This document shows, piece by piece, positions 31,287-40,651 of a DNA stretch of 64,000 nucleotides. The stretch's first letter is position 1; every line of letters starts with the position of its first letter. A model generated the notes under the pieces. It saw only the letters and a list, made by a program, of their open reading frames with translations. It was not told the DNA's origin and made no database searches. Origin of the DNA: Candidatus Velthaea sp. (lineage in GTDB: Bacteria; Vulcanimicrobiota; Vulcanimicrobiia; Vulcanimicrobiales; Vulcanimicrobiaceae); the NCBI GenBank assembly GCA_965214935.1, contig CBDCCS010000021.1, forward strand, positions 192,001-256,000, read 5' to 3'. Made by a program: the position numbers and the translations under genes.

Positions 31287-33821
31287 GTGCGTCGCGTCGT
31301 TACGGCAATCGTCAGCGTGACGTTGCTGCTAAGCACTCTGCTGCCCGCGGATGCGAGCGCGCCTGTCGACCATACGCGCGACGCGCTACGTCTGTTGCAC
31401 TCGAGTTGCGACGCGGGAACGCAAGTAGCGCAGGCCGTGCAAGGCACGGTACCCACGGCATCCTCGGCACCGAGTGCGCTGCCGAGCAACTCGCCGGGCA
31501 GTTCGCCTGGGCCGAGCAGCTCGCCGGGACTTTATGCGCCGCCGCCGCCGCGCGCGCCGTCGGGCCCGCAACAACTGAATCCGCCGCCGCTGCCGACCGC
31601 GACTCCGTCGGTCACGCCTCCACCGGTACCGACACCCACGCCGTCCGCAAGTGCCGGGGCCGGGCCGGTCTTCGTACAACGGGCCGGCCCTGACGCCGGC
31701 GCATCCGGCTCTCCGTCCGCGTCCCCCGGCGCATCCCCGTCGCCTTCGCCTTCGCCGGCCGAGACGCTCGGGCCCAACCAGTACGTCATCTTGGCCGACA
31801 CGATTTCCGGTACGAACAAACCGGGTCAACCTGCGGATCTCGACGGCAACGTCAACGTGCTGTACGCCGACGGCATGCTCGTCGGCGATCACGCGCATTA
31901 TGACGGTGCGCGCTTCATCGACATCACCGGACATCCGTACATCCGCAAGCGCGAGGACGACACGATCTTGCGCGCCGAGTCGATTCGCTTCGACACGCTT
32001 TCATCCAAGGCGGTGCTCATCAACGGCACCGGTGAAACGTCGCAAGGCATCGAGACCGGCCGCCTGTTCTACAAAGCGCGCACGCTCACGACGACGGGCA
32101 ACGGGGTCACGCACGGCGATCGCGCATCGTTTACCACGTGCGAACGGCAGCGCGCGGGTTATCATATTGAAGCAAAAACGCTTGATGTGTTTCCCGGCGA
32201 CAAAGCCGTCGCTCGCGATGCCGTTTTGTTCTTAGGTGGTTTTGCGGTCTTCTTTTTGCCGATCGTGGTCATTCCCCTCACGCACGTGGAGGGCGGCCCG
32301 AGCCGGCAGACGGGCTTCTTGCCGGTCATCGGCTATTCGCAAACCGAAGGCTTCTACGTCAAAGCGAAGATCGGTTTTGCGCCGAGCGATACCTATTACG
32401 GCTATTACCGCGTCGACGAAGAAACGCGCCTCGGCATTGGCTTGGGCTATGTCGCGTTCTTTCGGCGTCAAGACGGCAAACGCGCCGTCGACGTCAACTT
32501 TTACCGCTTCAAGAGCAATCAAGGTCAAGCCGATCAAAACAACCTTCAGCTCAACGACAACGAAAATTTTTCGCGCACGTTGCGCGGTCAGTTCGGCGTC
32601 AACTATCAAGGTAATTACGCACCGGGAATCTTTTTGCCGCCGAGTTATACGATTACCGGCTCCGTCGCGCACACCCAAGAACGCGAATCGCAAACATATA
32701 CATTCAACAAATACGGTGAGGGCTCGCAGCAGTCGTCGCTCGATCTCGGCTTCATCGATCAGCGCACGCTCTCGCCCGCAGTGACGCAAGGCGTGAACGT
32801 CAGCTATACCGGTAACAGCAATGCCTACGCCGGCGCGGCGACGATCATCGACTCGTTTCACTTCAATACGCTCACGCACGTGACGACGCGTGGTATCGAC
32901 TACGATTTCACCATCGACAAGACGCTGAGCAGCGAACAATCCGGTATCGATCGCTTGCCCGAAATCTTGATTCGGCCGCATGGAACGCTCGATCCGTCGT
33001 TTACCGCGCTGCCGATCACCGCCCAGTTTGCTGCCGGCGAATACAGCGAACACCAATCGCAGGTGCTCGACGCGGCGGGGACGACCGTCGGCGGACTTGC
33101 AACGCAGCGCGCGCAGGCCCAGTTAACCTTCGGTCCCGCGCTGGCGCACTTTCTCGGCAGCGACTTCAATGCATCGGTCATCGCCACCCAAGACATTTAC
33201 GGCACGGGCGATCTCAAAGCGCAAGTGCAGCAAAACGCGAGCTTAACTACGTCGATCGGCAAGCACATCGTCAACGCCATCACGTACTCGGAAGAAAACT
33301 CGAACGGCCCGCAGGCCGAACCGTTCAAGACCTTCGATATCATCGGCGGCGCGTCGCATCAAGCGTCCGACCTCGTGCGCTTTTTCAACGGCGACATTTA
33401 TACGCTAACGCTGCAATCGAGCACGCTGTTCAACCGCTCCGCCCAACCGCTCGAATACCAGCTCAATTACCGTCCGTCGCCCCGCTCTTCGATCGCTCTC
33501 GGCGGCTCATATGTGCCCGGGCCCGGCAACGGCTTTCCGATCACCAACGTGCAAGTCATTACGCCGCTGGGTCGCGGCGCCGACATTGAATTTGCGACCA
33601 ACATCGATTGGAAATCGCGCGGCCGGCTGGAAAGTAAGAACATTTATTACCGGCGCATCATCGGCGACTGCTACGAAGTCAATTTGGCCTACAATCAGGA
33701 CCTCAAACAAGTTACCCTGAACGTCTCGATTCTCGCCTTCCCATCAAGATCGGCAAGCTTCGGACTCGCGACACCGACTTCGATTTTGCCCGGCCAGCTC
33801 AACTTCGCAACCGGCCAATAA
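31287..33821 (+). CDS. LptD-like LPS assembly outer-membrane protein with Pro/Ser-rich N-terminal linker
   Basis: Signal peptide, OstA-like region with ASFTTCE, then FLPVIGYSQTEGFY and beta-barrel-like C-terminus; follows lptF/G. Confidence 0.75.
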   Translation: MRRVVTAIVSVTLLLSTLLPADASAPVDHTRDALRLLHSSCDAGTQVAQAVQGTVPTASSAPSALPSNSPGSSPGPSSSPGLYAPPPPRAPSGPQQLNPPPLPTATPSVTPPPVPTPTPSASAGAGPVFVQRAGPDAGASGSPSASPGASPSPSPSPAETLGPNQYVILADTISGTNKPGQPADLDGNVNVLYADGMLVGDHAHYDGARFIDITGHPYIRKREDDTILRAESIRFDTLSSKAVLINGTGETSQGIETGRLFYKARTLTTTGNGVTHGDRASFTTCERQRAGYHIEAKTLDVFPGDKAVARDAVLFLGGFAVFFLPIVVIPLTHVEGGPSRQTGFLPVIGYSQTEGFYVKAKIGFAPSDTYYGYYRVDEETRLGIGLGYVAFFRRQDGKRAVDVNFYRFKSNQGQADQNNLQLNDNENFSRTLRGQFGVNYQGNYAPGIFLPPSYTITGSVAHTQERESQTYTFNKYGEGSQQSSLDLGFIDQRTLSPAVTQGVNVSYTGNSNAYAGAATIIDSFHFNTLTHVTTRGIDYDFTIDKTLSSEQSGIDRLPEILIRPHGTLDPSFTALPITAQFAAGEYSEHQSQVLDAAGTTVGGLATQRAQAQLTFGPALAHFLGSDFNASVIATQDIYGTGDLKAQVQQNASLTTSIGKHIVNAITYSEENSNGPQAEPFKTFDIIGGASHQASDLVRFFNGDIYTLTLQSSTLFNRSAQPLEYQLNYRPSPRSSIALGGSYVPGPGNGFPITNVQVITPLGRGADIEFATNIDWKSRGRLESKNIYYRRIIGDCYEVNLAYNQDLKQVTLNVSILAFPSRSASFGLATPTSILPGQLNFATGQ

Positions 33822-33992
33822 TCAGTCGGCGGCGTCGCACGGCGAGTGGCCGCACTCGCAAGCGGTCACCGCTTGCTCGTCATCCGTGTCGCGCGAACGG
33901 CAAACGTCGCTGCAATACGCACCGCCGCTAACGCCGCCGGTCACCGTGCACTGGCATTCTTGGTATTCGCAGGGCTGCGTGTAGGTGCTCAT
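33822..33992 (-). CDS. bacterial metallothionein (SmtA/BmtA-like), 56 aa
   Basis: MSTYTQPCEYQECQCTVTGGVSGGAYCSDVCRSRDTDDEQAVTACECGHSPCDAAD; 8 Cys + 1 His with YCSxxC and CGHxxC motifs; below the ORF-track cutoff. Confidence 0.8.
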   Translation of the reverse strand: MSTYTQPCEYQECQCTVTGGVSGGAYCSDVCRSRDTDDEQAVTACECGHSPCDAAD

Positions 33993-34010
33993 CGCACGTC
34001 GTGTACCCGG

Positions 34011-34052
34011 TTAAGCGTAAACACCAATTGCAAGCGCGATGCGCCCGTTCAT
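34011..34052 (-). CDS. putative 13-aa leader peptide MNGRIALAIGVYA
   Basis: AGGAGG (34060-34065) 7 nt before ATG 34052; TAA at 34011-34013. Confidence 0.35.
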   Translation of the reverse strand: MNGRIALAIGVYA

Positions 34053-34285
34053 GAAGACGCCTCCTAACAACCACGCTACACGGACTTGTTAGCGCTCAGT
34101 CTGCGAGCGCACTGCGATGACGACCGTTGCAAGCACGCGCAACGACTGCGTCTCGCAAACAAGCTGGCCTCGAGCGCCGGGCGTGCCGGCGCATCGGAAG
34201 AAGCGCGTTCGCCGGCCGAGTTGCGGTTAACCTGAGCGCGCACTGCGTAGCGGCACCCGCTTCGCATAACCGTCCCCCAGCGACG

Positions 34286-35098
34286 CTAGGGCGAGTTGAT
34301 GATTTCGTAGCCTTGTAGCTGCGCCGATCCGTTACCGAGCGTTCCTGAACCGACGGGTTTGGTGTAGATCTTATCGATGAACTGGGTGGTGTCGATCGAA
34401 TTTGCGTAGGTCGTGTCGGTCGGTCCGCCCAGACCGATCGAGTCCTCGGGCACACCGCTCGGATCGGTTGTAATGAAGTTGATCGCCCAGACATGTTGCG
34501 CGGCGGTTGTCGGCTGAACGTTCGGATTGAGCGTCGGGCTCGCCGACGCTGCAACGGTCGGTGACGCATTGGGCAGCGGCGTCGCGGTTGCCGTCGGGGT
34601 GATGACAGGTGCAGTCGGCGTCGGCGAGCCGCCGGGATTCACCCCGTAGAGCAGCGACCGGTCGAAGTTGATCGTGAATTCACCGCCGCCCGACGGATTG
34701 CCGCCGCTGTTCGGCACATAATTGATGAGTTGCGGCGGAATCGTAACCCGAATAACGCTGAGGCCCGATGCAGTGCCCGGCGCGAGATAGTATTGGAAGA
34801 GGAGCGGTTGACTTGCGGCTTGGTTTCCGCCGACCACTAAAGCGAAGCTGTAGTTGGCAAAACCGGTGAGATACGCTTGGGGCAGCGGCTCGACTTGATT
34901 TCCGTTCGTGTTAAAAACGATGAGATATTGCACGTTGGTGAAGTCGAGCTGACCCACCACACGGAAACGGATGAGCATATGCCCGGATTGAATCGAGTTG
35001 TCGCCGCCGTTGGGAGCATTAAGCCCGGTGACTTGACGCCCACAGGCAGCTAAAATTATCGCTACGATAACGACGGCTAGGCCGAGCCAACGGTACAT
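34286..35098 (-). CDS. hypothetical lipoprotein with Pro/Thr-rich linker
   Basis: MYRWLGLAVVIVAIILAAC lipobox; start ATG 35098 or GTG 35104. Confidence 0.8.
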   Translation of the reverse strand: MYRWLGLAVVIVAIILAACGRQVTGLNAPNGGDNSIQSGHMLIRFRVVGQLDFTNVQYLIVFNTNGNQVEPLPQAYLTGFANYSFALVVGGNQAASQPLLFQYYLAPGTASGLSVIRVTIPPQLINYVPNSGGNPSGGGEFTINFDRSLLYGVNPGGSPTPTAPVITPTATATPLPNASPTVAASASPTLNPNVQPTTAAQHVWAINFITTDPSGVPEDSIGLGGPTDTTYANSIDTTQFIDKIYTKPVGSGTLGNGSAQLQGYEIINSP

Positions 35099-35159
35099 CT
35101 TCACCTCGCGAACGGTACGCGCGACCGCCCTTGCGTTACCGTGCGCATTCGCGCTTCAT

Positions 35160-36632
35160 TTGGCTTTCCCGCGCGCGGGCTTGCCATGGCTGGCGCCGTT
35201 CGCGCTAGCCGGTCTTTTCGCCGCTTGGATGACGCTCGGCGTTCGCGCGGCCGCAGTGCTAGGTTATTGCTCGGGGCTCGTATTCTTCGCTTGCAGCTTC
35301 GCTTGGTTCGGTGAAACGGCCGGCGCGCTGCTCGGACCGTTTGGTCCGCTTGTCGACATCGGGCCCGCGATGATCGAAGCCGTCGCCTTCGGCCTCACGG
35401 CCGCGCTAGCGTCATCCGCCGCTATGCACTTGCGCGACGCCTGGATTCCGCTTGCCGCGGCCGCCGGATTTACCCTCATGGAACTCGTGCGCTCGAGCGG
35501 ACTCATGGGTGCGCCGCTGTATCAGATCGGCGCCGCCTTCGTCGACACACCGCTCGCACCGATCGCCGCGTTCGGGGGCGTCTATACGGTCACGTTTTGC
35601 GTCGCCATGTTCGCGGCTGCGCTCGGCTGGGTGGTGCTTGCGCCGAGCCGGCGCAGCATCACCCGTGTCGCCGTTAGTGCGCTGGCCATCGTTGCCGTAG
35701 CGGGTGCCGCGCGGGCAGGCTGGCCGGCGCGCACTGTTCCCGCCGGGACGCTGCGCGTCGCGGCGATTCAAGGCAACATCCGGCAGTCCGTTAAGTGGGA
35801 GCCGAGTTCGCTGCCGACGGCCGTGAAGCGCTACACGGATCTGACGTTGCGCGCAGCTTCGTTCAAGCCGGCGTTCGTTCTATGGCCCGAGACCGTAATC
35901 ACGACGGATTTGCAGCTCGATCCCGCATTGGCGAAGATCTCCGCGAATGCAAACCTCGCTTCGGCGGATCGCGCACTGCAGGCGCATTTCAAGGCGCTCG
36001 CGCGCAAGACGGGTGCCGTCCTCGCCGTCGGCAGTAACGAAGCGACCGCAAGCGCAACGTACAACACGCTTTTTTTCTTTGCGCCGGCCGGTGCCGATCG
36101 CACCGTCTATCGTAAACGGCAGCTCGTGCCGTTCGCTGAATTCTTACCCGGCCCGCATTGGCTACGCGGCGCGCCGTTCGCGTCGCTCGTTTCCGATTTT
36201 GGAGCCGGCACCGATCCGGGTCCGTTCGATACGCGCTTGCGCATGGCACCGCTCATCTGCTGGGAAGCCGACTTCAGCGACCTTGCCCAGAGCCAAGCCG
36301 CCCGCGGCGCGCGTTTCTATGCCATCGCTACCGACGATGCGTGGTTCGGCGAATCCGATGGACCGTACGCCCAAGCGCAAATCGCCCAGTTGCGGGCGGT
36401 CGAAACGGGACGCTGGATCGTCCGTGCTGCGGCTACCGGGATTTCGGGAATCATCGCGCCGGACGGCCGTTGGCACGAGCGCAGTTCGCTCGACCGCCAA
36501 GCGGTGATCACCGGTACGATCGGCGAACCGCAACCGACGGTCTACAGCCGGCTCGGGCCGCTGCCGGTCGGCGCGATGCTCGGTGCGCTCGTGGTGATCG
36601 GGTTCGGCGCCGGCCGCCGCCGCCGCCGGTGA
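35160..36632 (+). CDS. lnt: apolipoprotein N-acyltransferase
   Basis: TM helices, QGNI, WPET, YRKRQLVPFAE, LICWE (Glu-Lys-Cys triad), DDAWFG. True start probably upstream of 35160. Confidence 0.93.
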   Translation: MAFPRAGLPWLAPFALAGLFAAWMTLGVRAAAVLGYCSGLVFFACSFAWFGETAGALLGPFGPLVDIGPAMIEAVAFGLTAALASSAAMHLRDAWIPLAAAAGFTLMELVRSSGLMGAPLYQIGAAFVDTPLAPIAAFGGVYTVTFCVAMFAAALGWVVLAPSRRSITRVAVSALAIVAVAGAARAGWPARTVPAGTLRVAAIQGNIRQSVKWEPSSLPTAVKRYTDLTLRAASFKPAFVLWPETVITTDLQLDPALAKISANANLASADRALQAHFKALARKTGAVLAVGSNEATASATYNTLFFFAPAGADRTVYRKRQLVPFAEFLPGPHWLRGAPFASLVSDFGAGTDPGPFDTRLRMAPLICWEADFSDLAQSQAARGARFYAIATDDAWFGESDGPYAQAQIAQLRAVETGRWIVRAAATGISGIIAPDGRWHERSSLDRQAVITGTIGEPQPTVYSRLGPLPVGAMLGALVVIGFGAGRRRRR

Positions 36633-37168
36633 ATTTGCTTCTCCGCGCGGCGATCGTTTGCGTCGTGCTCGCGTTTGGCGCCTGGGTCGGGATCGGCATT
36701 TATCGGGCCGGCGGCGACGTTCCGCCACCGCTGCAGAACCCGGAAACAAAGTTGACGACCGGTCACGCAGAGGGCCGGCGCATCGACGGCAAACCGTCGT
36801 GGTCGCTCGATTACGACCGGCTCATTACAAGTGCCGACACATCGGTGGCGACGCTCGATAACGTACGGCATGGCGAGCTCTATCGCCGCGGTAAGCCGTT
36901 CATGCAGATTAAAGCGCAGCACGTCGTCGTCAACACGCTTTCGAACGATTTCATCGCCACCGGTCCGCTCGAACTTATTCAGAATGACGGGACGCAGCGG
37001 CGCCGGATGACGTCGGACGCGGCAAATTACTCCGGTATGTTGAGCACCTTGACGTTACTGCATCCGGCAAATATCGTCACCGATGGAGCAAAAATCAAAG
37101 TCGCATCGGCAACCGTTAATTTCCGCACGGGGAACCTTACCGTCGGCCGGATCTTAGGCATCTTCTGA
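36629..37168 (+). CDS. LptC-like single-TM beta-jellyroll protein
   Basis: GTG overlaps the lnt TGA; N-terminal TM then DGKPSWSL...beta-strand repeats. Confidence 0.6.
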   Translation: MNLLLRAAIVCVVLAFGAWVGIGIYRAGGDVPPPLQNPETKLTTGHAEGRRIDGKPSWSLDYDRLITSADTSVATLDNVRHGELYRRGKPFMQIKAQHVVVNTLSNDFIATGPLELIQNDGTQRRRMTSDAANYSGMLSTLTLLHPANIVTDGAKIKVASATVNFRTGNLTVGRILGIF

Positions 37169-37726
37169 ATGAAGGCAGCCGGAACGCGCCGGCGTGCGAT
37201 GCGCGCCGGCGCAATTTGCACGCTGACCTTTACGGCGCTCAGCGCGCCGGTAACATCCGCACGACCAAACCCGATGCCGGCTTTAGCACCGGCACCGGCC
37301 GCGACGGATCGCATCGGCCGGATGGGTGAATTGATGTCTGAAACTGCGGCCCGGCACGAAATCGCGTTCGGCCCGTTTTCACCGCCGCGACGCATCCTCG
37401 CAACGGCGCTGCTCCCGCCGTTTCACGGCCCGGATATGCGCCGTAATCGCGGTATCGCTTTCGAATACGCCGCCGAATCGGATCGCCGCTACATATTGGC
37501 GCAATGGCCGGCAAACGGCGGAACGATCGTAGCGTTCCGGCAACTGTATTCGGGCGGCTCAGCTTGCCCCGGAGCACGAATTTTTTCTGGGGGTGCAAGT
37601 TCGAGCGGTATCGTATGGTCGACACCGCACGGACTCATTATGACCTTACAAATCGACGGGACGAGCGACGCGCGTACGTTATCTGCCGAGTGGCGATCTC
37701 TCGTTCGGCGCGGCGCTTGCCGTTAG
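37169..37726 (+). CDS. hypothetical exported protein
   Basis: 185-aa ORF abutting the previous stop; signal-like N-terminus. Confidence 0.6.
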   Translation: MKAAGTRRRAMRAGAICTLTFTALSAPVTSARPNPMPALAPAPAATDRIGRMGELMSETAARHEIAFGPFSPPRRILATALLPPFHGPDMRRNRGIAFEYAAESDRRYILAQWPANGGTIVAFRQLYSGGSACPGARIFSGGASSSGIVWSTPHGLIMTLQIDGTSDARTLSAEWRSLVRRGACR

Positions 37727-38079
37727 CCCTTCGATTCTTTCGCTTCGGCTTCTTTCGCCGCTGCCGTTGCCTTTGCGTCGGCGATCAGCTTTTTGACTTT
37801 TTGACCGCCTTTGTGGCCGATCTGCTCGTAAAAATCCGGGCCGTACTTTTCTTTCACGACACGACCGCCTTTTTGACCGATCGACTCGTAAAATTCGGCG
37901 CCGTGACGTTCGCGAGTAGCTTGACCGCCTTTACGTCCGATCGTTTCGTAAAAGCCGGAGCCGTAACGGTCACGAACCGTATCGCCGCCTTTTTTGCCGG
38001 CCTCACGCACCGACATCTCACCTTCGATTTTCGGTACTTTCGCGGCCTTCGCCGGCGCCGGTTTCACATCGTCGGCCAT
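37723..38079 (-). CDS. KGG-repeat general stress protein (GsiB/Em-like hydrophilin)
   Basis: MSVREAGKKGG then 20-aa repeats ...FYETIGRKGG. Confidence 0.9.
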   Translation of the reverse strand: MADDVKPAPAKAAKVPKIEGEMSVREAGKKGGDTVRDRYGSGFYETIGRKGGQATRERHGAEFYESIGQKGGRVVKEKYGPDFYEQIGHKGGQKVKKLIADAKATAAAKEAEAKESKG

Positions 38080-38082
38080 TGC

Positions 38083-38307
38083 TTACTTCACGCTTTCCGA
38101 AGCCGAACGCTTGAGCTTTTGACCGCCTTTTTGGCCGATCTCCTCGTAAAAAGCCGGGCCGTATTTGGTTTTCGTCGCCTCGCCGCCTTTGCGGCCGATC
38201 GCTTCGTAAAACTCGGAACCGTACTTTGCTTTCACGCGGTCTCCGCCGCGTTTTCCGGCTTCGCGAACGCTCATACCACCGGATTTTTCTTGTTCGCTGC
38301 TTGCCAT
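38083..38307 (-). CDS. KGG-repeat general stress protein (GsiB/Em-like), paralog
   Basis: MSVREAGKRGG...FYEAIGRKGG...FYEEIGQKGG; GAGGGG SD. Confidence 0.9.
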   Translation of the reverse strand: MASSEQEKSGGMSVREAGKRGGDRVKAKYGSEFYEAIGRKGGEATKTKYGPAFYEEIGQKGGQKLKRSASESVK

Positions 38308-38350
38308 TCGGACAGACCCCCCTCGAGCTATCGCTCCGTTGCTTTGGATA

Positions 38351-38375
38351 ATTCCCGGCAGGAGCTAGGTTAAAC
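38351..38375 (-). promoter_or_regulatory. SigB/SigF-like general stress promoter
   Basis: Minus strand GTTTAA-13 nt-GGGAAT upstream of the KGG genes. Confidence 0.7.
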
Positions 38376-38381
38376 GCTTCT

Positions 38382-39977
38382 TTGTTACAGACTGTCTACG
38401 AGCGTGCCACGATATACGATGGATCCGGAAGTGCGCCGTTTACGACCGACTTGGCGGTCGTTGCCGGCCGCATCGCGCTTATCGGTGATTTAGCGGATCG
38501 TGACGCATACGAGCGCATTTCATGTGCCGGTCTTGCGCTGTCGCCGGGTTTCATCGACGTGCATTCGCACTCCGACGAATTGTGGTTAGCCGACCCGCGC
38601 TGCCTTTCGAAGATTCGTCAGGGTGTTACGACGGAGATCGGCGGTAATTGCGGCTCATCCGCCGCGCCGCTGTTCGGTCATGCAATGGATGAAAAGCGGC
38701 GCGACGCCCGCGTCTATGAACTTCATGTCGAATGGGAAACATTCGACGCTTTTTTTTCGCTTATCGAAGCCCAGGGCGTTGCGCTGAACGTTGCGTCGCT
38801 TGTTGGTCTAGGAACGACTCGGGCTTGCATCAGCGGTTCCAGCGATCGGCGTCTTAGCATCTCGGAGCAAACCGCACAGGAGCGCCTGGTTCGTGAGGCG
38901 ATCGACCACGGTGCTTTGGGTGTGTCCAGTGGATTGATCTACGAACCGTCTCGGTATGCCGATCTATCCGAACTGACAGCATGTGCCGTTGCCGCGCGCG
39001 ATTCGGGTGCGCCGCGTTACGTTACGCACGTTCGTAACGAGGCTGACGAACTTATCAGCGCAATCGCCGAAGCAATTGCGATCGGCAGCGCGGCGGAAGT
39101 CGCCGTACAGTGTTCCCATCATAAAGCCGCCGGCCGCCGCAATTGGGGCAAAGTTCACCAGACGCTCGAGTTGATCGGAGATGCTCGCAATCGCGGAGCC
39201 GATATCGGCATCGATGCCTATCCGTATATCGCAAGTTGGACGGGCCTCGCGACGCTGCTGCCCGACGGCGTCCGGCGCGGCGGCAGCGCAGCGACGCTCG
39301 AACGCTTGCGCGATCCGGAGATCGCAAAAGCGGTCGCGCTTGCGCTCAATTTGCAACGCGATCCGTCACTGGGCGGCGACACGTGGCACGACATTTTCAT
39401 CACCGATGCCGGCAGCGGCCGCAATCGCACCGCCGCCGGCTATCGCCTCGATGAATTAGCACGCGCTTGGCGCATGTCGCCGGCACAATGCACGATCCGG
39501 CTGCTCGTCGAGGAAGAACTGCAGGTACAGTGCGCATTTTTTTCGATGAACGAAGACGACGTTGCGACTGTCTTGAGCGCCGAGTTTTGCTCGATCGGCA
39601 GCGATGCATCGGCGCGCGCTTTCGACGGTATCACCGCTCAAGGCATCCCGCATCCGCGAACCTACGGCTGCTTTCCGCGCGTGTTCGGCCGTTTCGTGCG
39701 CGCGCGGCGGACACTCGCAATCGAAGAAGCGGTACGGCGCATGACGTCGTTGCCGGCGGCCCAATTCGGACTCACTCAACGCGGCACCATTGCGCTGGGG
39801 AATTGGGCCGATCTCGTGCTCTTCGAGCCGAACGCAATCGTCGATCGAGCGACCTACGACGACCCCTTTCTTCCCCCAGCGGGGATTCGCTCTGTGGTCG
39901 TGAACGGTCGCGCGGTGACTCGCAACGGAGAATTTACGCGCGCCTATCCGGGCCGCGTCTTGCGCAACGGGCGATGA
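38382..39977 (+). CDS. N-acyl-D-amino-acid deacylase family amidohydrolase
   Basis: PGFIDVHSHSD, QGVTTEIGGNCG, THVRNE, SHHK, GSD, PHPRTYGCFPR. Confidence 0.9.
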   Translation: MLQTVYERATIYDGSGSAPFTTDLAVVAGRIALIGDLADRDAYERISCAGLALSPGFIDVHSHSDELWLADPRCLSKIRQGVTTEIGGNCGSSAAPLFGHAMDEKRRDARVYELHVEWETFDAFFSLIEAQGVALNVASLVGLGTTRACISGSSDRRLSISEQTAQERLVREAIDHGALGVSSGLIYEPSRYADLSELTACAVAARDSGAPRYVTHVRNEADELISAIAEAIAIGSAAEVAVQCSHHKAAGRRNWGKVHQTLELIGDARNRGADIGIDAYPYIASWTGLATLLPDGVRRGGSAATLERLRDPEIAKAVALALNLQRDPSLGGDTWHDIFITDAGSGRNRTAAGYRLDELARAWRMSPAQCTIRLLVEEELQVQCAFFSMNEDDVATVLSAEFCSIGSDASARAFDGITAQGIPHPRTYGCFPRVFGRFVRARRTLAIEEAVRRMTSLPAAQFGLTQRGTIALGNWADLVLFEPNAIVDRATYDDPFLPPAGIRSVVVNGRAVTRNGEFTRAYPGRVLRNGR

Positions 39978-40651
39978 ATCTCGCGGACCTCGACGATGAG
40001 CGGCGCCGGCGGTTGCTGGCCCACGCCAAATTGCTCAAGTTGAGCCGTAATGATATGGCATACGGGCCGGGCGACCGTGCGGACTGCGTATATTTCGTGC
40101 AAACGGGCCGGGTGAAAATCGTGCGCTCCACCGCGGCCGGAGGCGAAGTCATCGTCGGCATCCGCGACATCGGCGACGTGTTCGGCGAATTGACGTGGCT
40201 TTCCGAACCAGCCGCTCAGCGTAAAACGAGCGCGGTTGCAATCGAATCATCGACGGTGCATTGCATCGTGGTGGCAGACTTTGCGCGCCTCATCGGTGCC
40301 GACGGCGAAATTGCACGAGCGTTCGCTCGCGGTGTAACACGCCGCCTGGCGGCGGCCGAACAAGAGCTCACGGAATTGGCCGGAAAGAGCGTTCCCGGCC
40401 GGCTCGTCGATGTTTTGGGACGCCTGGCCGCCAGTCACGGAGTTGAAGAGCCCGACGGCACGCTGCGTATCGGGATGAATCTTACCCACAAGGATTTGGC
40501 GGATCTTATCGGGACGAGCCGCGAAACGCTAACCAAAGAACTTGCGGTGCTCGTCGACATCGGCTTGCTGCGCGTCGCGCATAAAACGGTCACGCTCGTG
40601 CAGCCGCAAGCGTTTCCGTACGTTCGGATTCGCCGGCGTGAAGCGAACTGA
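39974..40651 (+). CDS. Crp/Fnr family transcriptional regulator
   Basis: cNMP domain (GRVKIV, GDVFGE) and HTH LTHKDLADLIGTSRETLTK; ATGA overlap. Confidence 0.92.
   Translation: MNLADLDDERRRRLLAHAKLLKLSRNDMAYGPGDRADCVYFVQTGRVKIVRSTAAGGEVIVGIRDIGDVFGELTWLSEPAAQRKTSAVAIESSTVHCIVVADFARLIGADGEIARAFARGVTRRLAAAEQELTELAGKSVPGRLVDVLGRLAASHGVEEPDGTLRIGMNLTHKDLADLIGTSRETLTKELAVLVDIGLLRVAHKTVTLVQPQAFPYVRIRRREAN

Noticed and set aside
37723..38307. 60-bp periodic repeats as a CRISPR or other DNA repeat array
   Set aside because: Degenerate, codon-phased repeats encoding KGG motifs; no identical repeats with unique spacers and no cas genes.
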